Assembly (NCBI GenBank): GCA_017642445.1
Contig: JAGCPA010000060.1
Span: 11,797-75,796, forward strand
DNA: 64,000 nucleotides
Direction of reading: 5' to 3'
Source of the DNA: Spirochaetia bacterium
GTDB taxonomy: Bacteria > Spirochaetota > Spirochaetia > CADAEX01
Positions within the stretch are counted from its first letter, which is position 1; each line of letters opens with the position of its first letter. The notes beneath the pieces were generated by a model that had not been told where the DNA came from, did no database searches, and worked only from the letters and a program-made list of their open reading frames with translations. The position numbers were made by a program, and so were the translations under genes. This document shows, one piece after another, positions 34,589 through 44,142 of the stretch.

Positions 34589-35269
34589 TTAATAATCTTT
34601 TGGAGAAAAACCTGTAAAGAATTCTACTTTTCCATCTTTTTTACAGAAAGATTCTGCCTTAATAGCGTATATTTTCAATTTCTCCATTAAAATCTTATAT
34701 GTTTCAGAATATTTACCATCAAATAACTGTCGAAACATAGGACTGCTTTTCCCATCTTTTTTCTCATATACAATTATTGCTTTTTTGATGACTTGTGATT
34801 TAGAAAGAGCTTCTCTTACCCAATTAAGATTATTTGTAAAGTCATCAATGAATTTTTCAGAATCAATTATCCTGGAATATGTTTCTATCTCCAGCAAAGG
34901 TTTTAAGAGCGGTTCATCTCCAGAAGCTTCTGGTCCTTTCATTTCTCCAATAAATAAAAAACCATCATGAATGAACAAAACATCAATATTCTGCTTTGTA
35001 CCAGGGCAAATATTAATTTCATAATCTACAGTATATTTACCGTAATTATCTATAACAGCCTGACGTAATGTCTTTTTTTCAATCACTTCCTTGGCTTTAT
35101 TTTCTTTTTTTAAAATTAAATCTTGATGATTTTGAACAAAATATCCACCAGGGCGAGGTTCGACTTTCTGATAAATTAATTCTTTGCAATTGGTATCTAA
35201 TAACCTCTTTGCTATTCCTATAGCTTCTATTTTCCCAAAGTCTTTATTATATAAGTAATTATTAGACAC
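34589..35269 (-). CDS. small PD-(D/E)xK nuclease-fold hypothetical protein
   Basis: 226 aa, AT-rich; motif NIDVLFIHDGFLFIGEMK (D-x12-E-x-K). Confidence 0.4.
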   Translation of the reverse strand: MSNNYLYNKDFGKIEAIGIAKRLLDTNCKELIYQKVEPRPGGYFVQNHQDLILKKENKAKEVIEKKTLRQAVIDNYGKYTVDYEINICPGTKQNIDVLFIHDGFLFIGEMKGPEASGDEPLLKPLLEIETYSRIIDSEKFIDDFTNNLNWVREALSKSQVIKKAIIVYEKKDGKSSPMFRQLFDGKYSETYKILMEKLKIYAIKAESFCKKDGKVEFFTGFSPKDY

Positions 35270-35273
35270 GGTT

Positions 35274-36512
35274 TTATTCTGATTTTCCTAAATAATTCAT
35301 GGCCTTGCCAGTTTTTCTCCGCTCGTAGTATTCAGCTGTGGCAGTAAAGAGGACATCGCCGCTTGAGTTCAGGGCTGTCTCTACAGAGTCCTGAACAACT
35401 CCGATTATAAAGCCTACACCAACCGCCTGCATAGCAACATCGTTGTTTATTCCGAAGAGTGAGCATGCCAGAGGAATGAGGAGGAGCGAACCGCCAGCCA
35501 CACCCGATGCGCCGCATGCGCCCAAGGTTGCCAGAACGCTCAAGAGGATTGCGGTCGGGAAATCGACAGAAATTCCCATAGTGTTACAAACTGCCAATGT
35601 CATTACAGTTATGGTTACTGCTGCTCCATCCATGTTGATGGTGGCGCCAAGAGGAATGCTTACAGAGTAGAAATCTCTCTCCAGTCCAAGCCTCTCGCAC
35701 AGCTGCATATTGATAGGGATATTTGCTGCAGAGCTCCGTGTGAAGAATGCTGTTATACCGCTCTCCTTAAGGCATTTGAACACCAGCGGATAAGGATTCC
35801 GTCGTAGCGCTACAGCCACAATGACAGGGTTCACAACCAGTGCTACAACTAACATGCTGCCTACCAGCACCACAAGGAGCCAGCCATATTCTGTAAAGAT
35901 ATTCAGGCCGCTCTCTGCCACCGACTCGTATACCAGACCAAGGATACCGAATGGGGCGAACTGGATGACACAGCGGACTATAAGGGATGCGCATTCAGAA
36001 AGCTCGGCAATAACCTTAAGAGTAGTCTCTGATGCAGTCTTCTTGAGGCACAGTCCTGTGACAACAGCCCAGAAAAGGACTCCCATGTAGTTGGCATTGG
36101 AGATGGAAGAAACCGGGTTTGTGACCATGTTGAATATAAGGTTCCTGAGCACCTCCCAGATTCCCTGGGGTGGATTTGCTGTCGCAGATTTAGCGAAGGA
36201 GATAGTCACCGGGAAAAGGAAGCTTGCGCATACCGAAACAATAGCAGCGATAAGGGTGCTGGATAGATAGAGGATAATTACAGAGCTGAATCTTCTTCCC
36301 ACATTGGAATGAGCCTTGGAAAGAGCGCTGCATACCAGGAGGAACACCAGCACCGGAGCAATTGCTTTAAGCGCTCCGACAAATACGCCGCCCAAAATTC
36401 CTATTGCCCTGACATTCGGAACTAAAAGTCCTAAAATTGCGCCAAGAACCAGGCCCACAAAAATTTTAAGGATAAGACTTGTGCTGCACCACTTTTCGAT
36501 GATTTTCCTCAT
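35274..36512 (-). CDS. dicarboxylate/amino acid:cation symporter (DAACS; SstT/GltP-like)
   Basis: 412 aa polytopic membrane protein with DAACS-like GATINMDG and SSSAANIPI-type motifs. Confidence 0.8.
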   Translation of the reverse strand: MRKIIEKWCSTSLILKIFVGLVLGAILGLLVPNVRAIGILGGVFVGALKAIAPVLVFLLVCSALSKAHSNVGRRFSSVIILYLSSTLIAAIVSVCASFLFPVTISFAKSATANPPQGIWEVLRNLIFNMVTNPVSSISNANYMGVLFWAVVTGLCLKKTASETTLKVIAELSECASLIVRCVIQFAPFGILGLVYESVAESGLNIFTEYGWLLVVLVGSMLVVALVVNPVIVAVALRRNPYPLVFKCLKESGITAFFTRSSAANIPINMQLCERLGLERDFYSVSIPLGATINMDGAAVTITVMTLAVCNTMGISVDFPTAILLSVLATLGACGASGVAGGSLLLIPLACSLFGINNDVAMQAVGVGFIIGVVQDSVETALNSSGDVLFTATAEYYERRKTGKAMNYLGKSE

Positions 36513-37267
36513 TTTATGTTCCTGCTGTCTATGTAATCAACTCCATTCTTAAGAAGCGCAAGACCGGCTGCCTCCTTGATCTCCTGCCGTCTCCACATAG
36601 GGTGGTTCTCCGGTGTAAGGAATGCCTCGGGATGCGGCATAAGTCCCAGGATGCGCCCTGTGGTATCGGTGATTCCGGCGATATCGCACTCGGAGCCGTT
36701 GGGGTTCCTGTCGTTGTAGATAACTGTGTCTAAGTGAAGAGCTTTTATTCTCTCCAGAGTCGCCTTGTCCTTGGTTATGAACCTTCCCTCGCCGTGGCGG
36801 ATAGGGATATCCATCTCCTTGAGCCCTTTGGTCCAGACACATGGGGAGTCGGGATTGAAGCGGACATTGAGCCAGCTGTTCTCGAACACTCCTGTGTTGT
36901 TGTGGATAAGGGAAACTTCCTGAGTCCAGTTGCCGTCAAAGTTAGGGAGCACACCCATCTTCACAAGCACCTGGAAGCCGTTGCAGATACCAATGATCAA
37001 CTTGCCCTTGGCTATGAACTTGTCGAGAACTCCCTTGAGGTTCTGCTTGAAGAGATGGGCCATCACAAGGCCTGATCCAAGGTGGTCGCCGAAGGAGAAT
37101 CCGCCGGGGAAACCTAGAATCTGATAATCATCCAGAATCTCGGGCTTCTCGATCATATCGTTTATGTGTATTCTGTCTGCCTGCTTGGCACCGGCCCTGA
37201 GGAATGCCTCCTTGAGCTCGTTGTCAGCATTGATGCCGTATCCTGTAAGTATTGCAACCTTTGCCAT
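36509..37267 (-). CDS. purQ: phosphoribosylformylglycinamidine synthase glutaminase subunit
   Basis: Class-I glutamine amidotransferase: GFPGGFSFGD, catalytic Cys in GICNGFQ, HPE triad; start at the ATG overlapping the purL stop (TAATG), RBS AGGGA. Confidence 0.85.
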   Translation of the reverse strand: MAKVAILTGYGINADNELKEAFLRAGAKQADRIHINDMIEKPEILDDYQILGFPGGFSFGDHLGSGLVMAHLFKQNLKGVLDKFIAKGKLIIGICNGFQVLVKMGVLPNFDGNWTQEVSLIHNNTGVFENSWLNVRFNPDSPCVWTKGLKEMDIPIRHGEGRFITKDKATLERIKALHLDTVIYNDRNPNGSECDIAGITDTTGRILGLMPHPEAFLTPENHPMWRRQEIKEAAGLALLKNGVDYIDSRNIK

Positions 37268-40230
37268 TATATTTCCCTCTTCCATGCCTTCACGATTTCA
37301 TCGCATGTAATTGATAAAATTGTTTTTCCATCCTTCTTGAACGCCACTGCATCGGAGCAGTTTGTCTCGCCTGCTTTCTTGAGAGGTGCTCCAGCCATAA
37401 GCTTCTCGAACTCAGCCGCATTCTCTTTCTTTACTGAGATAACAAAGCGGGATGGAGATTCTGCAAACAGAGTTCTGATATCGTCCAGTCCTGCATCTCC
37501 AGGAATGCCGGAAAGATCCACATCGCAGCCGCACATTCCGCCCATTGCGCTCTCGGCAAGGGCTACTGCAAGGCCACCGTCCGACATATCGTGGCAGGAT
37601 GCAACCAGACCCTTCTCAATTGCACTGGCAAGCTGGCAGTACATCTTGAATGCACCCTTGGTATCGACGCTCGGGGAAGCGCCCATGCTCTTTCCTTTTA
37701 TCTTCTCGTAGGTGGAGCCGCCCATTGCACCGGTGGTCTTGCCCAGGATGTAGATGTAATCGCAGCACCCCTTGAAGTCTGATGTCATAGCCTTCTTTGT
37801 GTCCTTGATCATACCCATGAGAGAGATAAGGAGTGTAGGCCGCACCGACACCTTCTTGCCGTTCATGCTGGCATCGTTTTTCATTGAGTCCTTGCCCGAA
37901 ATAAGAGGCAGGCCGTAGTCCAGGCAGATGCGGTTCACACCCTTGCATGTCCGCACCAGCTGTGCCAGCTTGTATTCGCCGTCCGGGGTCTTTGCAGACT
38001 TTACTGGGTCTGGCCAGCAGAAGTTGTCGAGCACCGATGCGCTCTCCGGGTCGCCGCCCAGTGCTATGTGGGAACGGAATGCCTCGTCCACAGCGCACTG
38101 TGCCATGTTGTATGTATCCCAGTCGCCTACCCGTGGGCAGATACCGTGGGTCACTGTAACACCCTTGCTGCTTCCGTATACAGGCTTGAGCACTGCGCCG
38201 TCGGATGGGGCGTCTGAGTTCTTGCCCACAAAGGGCTTGACTACAGAGACAGCACCTACCTCGTGGTCGTACTGCCGCACCAGTGTCTCACGTGATGACA
38301 CATTAGGGTCGCCAAGTATTTTTATAAGGAGTTCCTTCGGATCTTCTTTCTCTATTTTCACATCTGGGGCGGCAGGGCGTTTCCATACTGCATTGAGGTG
38401 CATTGCAGGAAGCCCTTTGTGGAGGAATTCCATGGAGAGGTAGCCAGCCAGGCGGCCTCTGCCCAGGATGCTTATGTAGCCTGAATCGTTGAACTCGCCC
38501 ACCACTGTGGCCTCTACATCCCGCTTTGCAGCCAGGTCCAGGAAGGCCTTGATATTCTTCTCCTCCACCGCAAGGCTCATCCGCTCCTGGGACTCTGATA
38601 CAAGAATCTCCCATGGAGCTAAGCCCTGGTATTTAAGAGGACATTTATCCAGATCTATAACAACGCCGTTGGAATACTCTGCCATCTCACCCAGGGAGGA
38701 TGAGAGGCCGCCGGCACCGTTGTCAGTTATTCCCTGATAGAGTCCCAGATCGCGGGCCTCCATGAGGAAATCGCTCATCTTTTTCTGTGTAATCGGGTCG
38801 CCGATCTGCACCGCAGAGACTGGGGAAGCCTCATCCAGAACCAGAGAGGAGAATGTGGCACCGTGGATGCCGTCCTTTCCGATCCGGCCGCCGATCATGA
38901 CAGCCTTGTCGCCCGGGTTGATATGTTTGATCCATGTTCCCTCGCCTGCCATGGAGGCCGGCATTATACCGCCTGTACCGCAGAATACCAGTGGCTTTCC
39001 TGTGTATGAATCGTCGAAGAGGAAACCATCTGCAACAGTAGGAATACCAGACTGGTTACCACCATCGATAATGCCGTGGTGGACACCGCTCATAACTGCC
39101 TTTGGATGGAGAAGTCCAGACGGAATATCCTCATCTGGAGTGTCTGGGTTGCCGAAGCAGAGGAAGTCGGTGTTGAAGAAAGGTCTAGCACCTTTTCCTG
39201 TTCCTATGATATCGCGGTTCACACCTACAATACCGGTGATTGCGCCGCCGTATGGATCCAGTGCAGATGGTGAGTTGTGGGTCTCCACCTTGAAGCATAC
39301 CAGGTTGTCCTTGTCAAACTCCACAACGCCTGAGTTGTCGCTGAAGACAGAGCGGAGGAAAGGCTTCTTATCCCACAGATCCTTGGTTGTCTTTTTTATG
39401 TATGATGCATAGAGTGATTTGATATGCTCTTTAGTACCGGCCTCGGTATCCTCGTAGTCGATGTCGGCGCTGAAAATCTTATGCTTGCAGTGCTCAGACC
39501 ATGTCTGCCCTATCATCTCAAGCTCAACATCGGTGGCGTTGCCCATGCCAGCTTTCTTCCGGGCTGCAACTGTATCAGGGGCAGTAAAATATTTCTGGAG
39601 CGATTTCATCTCAGTCAGATTGAGTGCAAGAAGCCTCTCCTCAGAAAGCTTCTCCAGAGCCGCATCATCCATTGAGGCAAGATCAAAGTCTTTTATAGTA
39701 ACCTCGCTGGAAGCTACTTTATAAGGGTAGAATGCAGGAAGCTTCTTAGTTCCCCACTCCTCTTTCTTTATGAACTCTGCCTGCTGCACCAGCGGGTTGT
39801 AGAAGGAGGCCTGCATAGAAGCGATCTGAGAATCGGAAAGATCGGGAGATGCGATCAGATACTGCACTGCAGTCTGGATCATCTCCTCCTGGGCAAGCTT
39901 CCTGCCCAGCGCAGTCTCCACAGACTTACGGGCTGTAATAGCGGTTGGGTTTGTAACGCCGGGACGGTAGGTAACCTCTACAATATACTTCCAGTCGGGC
40001 AAAAGGCTGCCTTCTGCCACAGGGCTGTCCACTGCGGTGCGCTGGGCCACGGAATCGGAAAAAAGGAAAGCGGCCAGCTCTGGGGTTAGCCCTTTTATAT
40101 CCTTGGTAAGATAGACATCAGCCATAGCCACGTTCTGGATACGGCTGTCGATATTCTGCCTCAAAGAGGCAAGCACCTTGCGGGCCCTGCCATCTATGCT
40201 GTTGTCTCTGTAATAAACTTCTGTCCTCAT
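37267..40230 (-). CDS. purL: phosphoribosylformylglycinamidine synthase, long form lacking the glutaminase domain
   Basis: 987 aa; AIR-synthase-related repeats (GxGAKD-like, DxGAGG), much longer than the small PurL (about 740 aa) and shorter than the large PurL (about 1300 aa). Confidence 0.85.
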   Translation of the reverse strand: MRTEVYYRDNSIDGRARKVLASLRQNIDSRIQNVAMADVYLTKDIKGLTPELAAFLFSDSVAQRTAVDSPVAEGSLLPDWKYIVEVTYRPGVTNPTAITARKSVETALGRKLAQEEMIQTAVQYLIASPDLSDSQIASMQASFYNPLVQQAEFIKKEEWGTKKLPAFYPYKVASSEVTIKDFDLASMDDAALEKLSEERLLALNLTEMKSLQKYFTAPDTVAARKKAGMGNATDVELEMIGQTWSEHCKHKIFSADIDYEDTEAGTKEHIKSLYASYIKKTTKDLWDKKPFLRSVFSDNSGVVEFDKDNLVCFKVETHNSPSALDPYGGAITGIVGVNRDIIGTGKGARPFFNTDFLCFGNPDTPDEDIPSGLLHPKAVMSGVHHGIIDGGNQSGIPTVADGFLFDDSYTGKPLVFCGTGGIMPASMAGEGTWIKHINPGDKAVMIGGRIGKDGIHGATFSSLVLDEASPVSAVQIGDPITQKKMSDFLMEARDLGLYQGITDNGAGGLSSSLGEMAEYSNGVVIDLDKCPLKYQGLAPWEILVSESQERMSLAVEEKNIKAFLDLAAKRDVEATVVGEFNDSGYISILGRGRLAGYLSMEFLHKGLPAMHLNAVWKRPAAPDVKIEKEDPKELLIKILGDPNVSSRETLVRQYDHEVGAVSVVKPFVGKNSDAPSDGAVLKPVYGSSKGVTVTHGICPRVGDWDTYNMAQCAVDEAFRSHIALGGDPESASVLDNFCWPDPVKSAKTPDGEYKLAQLVRTCKGVNRICLDYGLPLISGKDSMKNDASMNGKKVSVRPTLLISLMGMIKDTKKAMTSDFKGCCDYIYILGKTTGAMGGSTYEKIKGKSMGASPSVDTKGAFKMYCQLASAIEKGLVASCHDMSDGGLAVALAESAMGGMCGCDVDLSGIPGDAGLDDIRTLFAESPSRFVISVKKENAAEFEKLMAGAPLKKAGETNCSDAVAFKKDGKTILSITCDEIVKAWKREI

Positions 40231-40271
40231 GTGAACTCCAATGTATGTGTAGAAATATTATAACAGAAAGC

Positions 40272-40310
40272 GAGACAAAAAAAAAGACCTCCCTTGCGGG
40301 AGGTCTCGAA
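40272..40310 (-). terminator. rho-independent terminator of the TRAP operon
   Basis: Minus-strand GACCTCCCGCAAGGGAGGTC followed by T9. Confidence 0.7.
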
Positions 40311-40325
40311 AATACTTGAACTGAA

Positions 40326-42557
40326 TCAAGCAGCTTCCTTTGGCTTAACCGGTGGGATGTAGTTCTTTGGATTCTTCTTATAAATCCACTGCATAGCTAT
40401 GATGAAAACAACACCGCCAATTCCGACAGCGTCGGTAAGAACTGTAGGTACGATCATGAAGATCGCAAAGATACAGATTGCAAACCGTTCAATAAGGAAC
40501 ATCTTTCTGCGGATGAAGCCTGCCATACCGATAGCGAAGCTACAGGAACCGAATGCAGCAGTGATAACGCCCCAGATTACAGCAGGTGTAAATGGCTCGG
40601 TTCCGAGAAGCAGTGATGTGTTGAATACAAAGATGTAAGGTACGATGTATGCAACGGCTGCCAGACGGACGGCGTTGAATGCTGTTGGCCAGAATGGAGC
40701 ACCAGCGATAGCTGCTGCTGTGTAGGATGTGATAGCTACTGGAGGTGTAAGCTCTGACATGATACCGAAGTAGAAGCAGAACAGGTGTGCTGCCAGTGGC
40801 ATAACTCCTACAGAGATCATTGTAGGAACTGTCATGATGGTCATAAGGATGTAGTTAGCAACTGTAGGAACACCCATACCGAGAACCAGACACATAAGCA
40901 TTGTGATGATCAGTGTCAGGTAAAGGTTACTGTGTGAAAGCTCAGTAAGAACCTTTGTGATGTGAGGTGTAAGACCTGTAAGAGTTGCAGTACCTTCTAC
41001 GAATCCTGCGATAGCTGATGGAACAGCTACTACACACAGTGTCATACCTGCCTGCTCAAAGATACCTTTGAACTTTTTCAGGTTAAGTCTTGTGTCTTTT
41101 CTGAAGAAGGAGAGACATACAGCAACGATGAATGAATAGAAACATGCAGCCATTGCAGTATAACCCTTAACCAGCATGTAAACCAGCATAACTACTGGAA
41201 GAATCAGATAACCCTTAGTAAGGATGTCGTGTTTCCAGGTCGGGTCGATCTCAGACTTCTTAAGTCCCCAAGCTCCGATCTTATGTGCCTCGAAGTGAAT
41301 CATTGTGAATACAGATACATAATAGAGGAGAGCTGGGATAGCAGCTGCTGTGATGATGGAGATGTAGCTGATACCAAGGAACTCTGCCATGATGAATGCT
41401 ACAGCACCCATTACAGGAGGAGTTACCTGACCACCCATGGAAGCGGAAGCCTCAGTAGCTCCAGCCAGGGCTGCAGGAATACCAGTTCTCTTCATCAGAG
41501 GAATGGTGATAACACCAGTTGTTGCAACGTTAGATGTTGAAGATCCGGAGATCATAGCGAACATAGAAGATGCAACTACGGCCATCTTTGCAGGTCCACC
41601 TACGAAGTGACCAACGAGACCCTTTGCAACCTTAAGCAGAAGCTCTGCAAGACCAGTTGCGTGAAGAGCTGCACCGAGGAGCAGGAACAAGGAAATGTAA
41701 CTTGAAGATACTCCGATAGGTGTTCCCCACAGCGCTGCGTCTGTAAGTACAAAGTGTCTTGTAATCATAGCAAAGCTGAATCCTGGATGGTTCCAGATTC
41801 CACCGCAGAGGAAACCAAAGCGGCAGTACATAAGCATGAAGATACCGATCCACATAAGGACTTTACCGATAGAACGTCTTGTTGCCTCGATAGTTCCGAT
41901 CAACAGGTAGAGAGCCATGATCTGGTCGATTGTATAAACGATACCAGCTCTCTGGAGAATCTTATCAGTATTGATTGCCATATAGATACATCCGGCGGTT
42001 GCTGCAATAAGGAACAGCCAGTCGTACCACATTGGACCGTCTTCGACAGCCTTGTTAGCTTTCATTCTTAATTTAAGGGTGATGAATCTGCTGAGTATTG
42101 CACATACGATACAGATAACACCTACTGCAAGTACAACGCCTGTCATGTTGGCGCGAGCTTTTCTAGCATAGTCAACAATAGGAATGTTGATTGTACCCAT
42201 TATCATAATCCACAGGAAGAAGTGCGGCAGCCATGGCTCCACCTTTGGTCCTGCGTTCTTGTTGGAAGAATATCTCATCATACAGATCCAGAGAGCGAAT
42301 GCCAAGTGAATGGCTCTCTGTCTGATGGCGGTAAACATTCCAAATCCACCTGTATAGAAGTGGAACAGAGCGAAACATACAGCGACAACAGAAATCAGTA
42401 CAAGAATACCCTTTTTGTTATCGCGGTATCCGGATAATTTCTTATCCATCTCCTCTGCTTTTTTGGCCATTTCTGCAGCTTCTTTTCTGGCGGATTCATC
42501 CATTCCTTTAAGCTGGTCAGCAACGTCCTTCAAATATTCGTTATCTTTGTCCCCCAT
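40326..42557 (-). CDS. TRAP transporter fused 4TM/12TM permease (TAXI-type)
   Basis: 743 aa polytopic; N-terminal small-permease-like part fused to a DctM-like large permease; adjacent TAXI binding protein. Confidence 0.85.
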   Translation of the reverse strand: MGDKDNEYLKDVADQLKGMDESARKEAAEMAKKAEEMDKKLSGYRDNKKGILVLISVVAVCFALFHFYTGGFGMFTAIRQRAIHLAFALWICMMRYSSNKNAGPKVEPWLPHFFLWIMIMGTINIPIVDYARKARANMTGVVLAVGVICIVCAILSRFITLKLRMKANKAVEDGPMWYDWLFLIAATAGCIYMAINTDKILQRAGIVYTIDQIMALYLLIGTIEATRRSIGKVLMWIGIFMLMYCRFGFLCGGIWNHPGFSFAMITRHFVLTDAALWGTPIGVSSSYISLFLLLGAALHATGLAELLLKVAKGLVGHFVGGPAKMAVVASSMFAMISGSSTSNVATTGVITIPLMKRTGIPAALAGATEASASMGGQVTPPVMGAVAFIMAEFLGISYISIITAAAIPALLYYVSVFTMIHFEAHKIGAWGLKKSEIDPTWKHDILTKGYLILPVVMLVYMLVKGYTAMAACFYSFIVAVCLSFFRKDTRLNLKKFKGIFEQAGMTLCVVAVPSAIAGFVEGTATLTGLTPHITKVLTELSHSNLYLTLIITMLMCLVLGMGVPTVANYILMTIMTVPTMISVGVMPLAAHLFCFYFGIMSELTPPVAITSYTAAAIAGAPFWPTAFNAVRLAAVAYIVPYIFVFNTSLLLGTEPFTPAVIWGVITAAFGSCSFAIGMAGFIRRKMFLIERFAICIFAIFMIVPTVLTDAVGIGGVVFIIAMQWIYKKNPKNYIPPVKPKEAA

Positions 42558-42618
42558 TCATAATCTCCTAGTTAGTCTTATTTTTGTAGAACATGATGTA
42601 ACATTTTAAACATAAAGA

Positions 42619-42644
42619 AGTGCATCTGATCGCTCAGATGCACT
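42619..42644 (-). promoter_or_regulatory. intercistronic stem-loop between the TAXI binding-protein and permease genes
   Basis: AGTGCATCTGA-TCGC-TCAGATGCACT, a perfect 11-bp stem, then a T-rich stretch on the transcript strand. Confidence 0.5.
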
Positions 42645-42672
42645 CCCTGTGTTCAACTAAGTTATAAATAAC

Positions 42673-43659
42673 TTATTTAACCATACCTTTCTCTTTGTAG
42701 AATTTCTCAGCACCAGCGTGCAGAGGAATTGCTCCCTTTCCATCAAGAGCGATGTCAAGAGTGATGTAAGGTGTGAATGAGTGTACAGACTGGATAGCCT
42801 TGAGGCCAGGTCCGTAAAGTGTTGAAACCATGTCGTAAATAACTTTCTCTGGAGCATTTACGCCGTCAGCAACAAGACAAGTACCTGTTGTAACAGTCTC
42901 AACTGCCTCTTCCTGTCCATTGTAGGAGTTAGCAGGAATTGTCCACTTTCCAACCCATGCATATTTAGCCATCAGCTTATCTCTCTCAGCGCCGCCGATT
43001 GCAAGGATTCTTACAGGAATCTGAGCGGAAGACTCAAGGATTGCACCTGCTGGAACTGCTGTCTCGTGTCCGATACCATCAAGAAGTCTGTCCTGGTATG
43101 CCATAACTCTTTCGTTGTGGGAAAGTGGCTTCCATACGATGTCTTTGTAGTTGGTGTCGAATGCGCCTTCGAAGATCTCCTGCCATGCAACTTCGTCTCC
43201 AGATCCTGGGGATCCTGGGCAGAAGCTAGCTTTTGCTGCGCAGAACTCTTTGAATGTGTTGAACTTTGATGCCTTCTGTACCTGTGCCTGGAATACCAGT
43301 GGGTAAAGGTTTGCACAGAATGTCAGGTTGTCATATTTCTGGCCTTCGAACAGTTTCTCGCCATTGAAAGCGTAGAATGTTACGTTAGTCTCAGAAAGAC
43401 CAATCTGCATCTGGTTCTGCATCATAAGTCTCAGGTTCTCTGTTCCACCGCCAGTAGCCTGTGCTGTGATGATGGAGTCAGTGTGTGTCATAACCTGACC
43501 TGCAATAGCTGATCCTGTAGGATACCAGGATCCACCTAAGCTTGATGTTCCCATGATAGCTTTGTTTCCGGTAGCTGCATTTCCTTCAGCTGTTCCGTTA
43601 GCAAATGCCATGGAAGCGCAGAGAATCAAGCAAAGAGCGAGTACGATACTTCTTTTCAT
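42673..43659 (-). CDS. TAXI family TRAP transporter solute-binding protein
   Basis: 328 aa; signal peptide MKRSIVLALCLILCASMAFA; TAXI/ImmA-like periplasmic fold. Confidence 0.85.
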   Translation of the reverse strand: MKRSIVLALCLILCASMAFANGTAEGNAATGNKAIMGTSSLGGSWYPTGSAIAGQVMTHTDSIITAQATGGGTENLRLMMQNQMQIGLSETNVTFYAFNGEKLFEGQKYDNLTFCANLYPLVFQAQVQKASKFNTFKEFCAAKASFCPGSPGSGDEVAWQEIFEGAFDTNYKDIVWKPLSHNERVMAYQDRLLDGIGHETAVPAGAILESSAQIPVRILAIGGAERDKLMAKYAWVGKWTIPANSYNGQEEAVETVTTGTCLVADGVNAPEKVIYDMVSTLYGPGLKAIQSVHSFTPYITLDIALDGKGAIPLHAGAEKFYKEKGMVK

Positions 43660-43803
43660 TTTTCTCTCCTAAAATTTAATTCACCAAAAAACTTTGGTGA
43701 CAGAAAACTAATTCTGTATTTTTGATATTATCATGGTTCAATAAATTGTCAAGAACAAAATTTTCTTTTTTGACATTAATAACAAAACGATTTATTAATT
43801 TTC

Positions 43804-43818
43804 TCTAATATCTCTAAA
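43804..43818. promoter_or_regulatory. 15-nt repeated motif TCTAATATCTCTAAA (copy 1) in the divergent intergenic region
   Basis: Exact repeat at 43966-43980; candidate operator. Confidence 0.3.
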
Positions 43819-43965
43819 CTACCCATATTTTTACAGAGTTTTAACATTTCTTGTGCGAAATACCCCTAAAGAATTATTTGTTAATGGGACTTAATAGAAG
43901 AAATCACCTTCCCCGGCTGAAGAGTTTTTCTGCATTTTTACAATTTTTTAACAATTATTTGCACG

Positions 43966-43980
43966 TCTAATATCTCTAAA
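43966..43980. promoter_or_regulatory. 15-nt repeated motif TCTAATATCTCTAAA (copy 2)
   Basis: Exact copy 162 bp downstream of copy 1. Confidence 0.3.
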
Positions 43981-44142
43981 ATCGCTAATATATAAAGCCA
44001 AAATTTCATATATATTTAAAAAAAAATGAAAATATTTCATTAATAGCCCCCATTTTAGATTGACGTATTTATATAAAGTGATAAAATGGAAGCAAAGTTA
44101 TCCATTTCAGGACTTTGAAAACTTACAACAGGAGAGAATTTT

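Noticed and set aside
22540-35270. Search for an integrase, transposase, IS element or tRNA-linked att site bounding the AT-rich island
   Set aside because: No recombinase-like ORF or inverted terminal repeats recognized by eye; the only repeat pair found (32855 and 34524) brackets a single gene. No mobile-element feature is called.
37591-39724. Multiple ORFs on both strands inside purL (for example 37616-38098, 37928-38443, 38762-39412)
   Set aside because: They overlap the 987-aa PurL frame, which has continuous FGAM synthase homology; no RBSs or motifs.
43660-44142. Long AT-rich intergenic region examined for a riboswitch or small RNA
   Set aside because: No match by eye to a known aptamer core (TPP, SAM, glycine, cobalamin, purine, T-box); only short direct repeats, which are reported as a possible operator.
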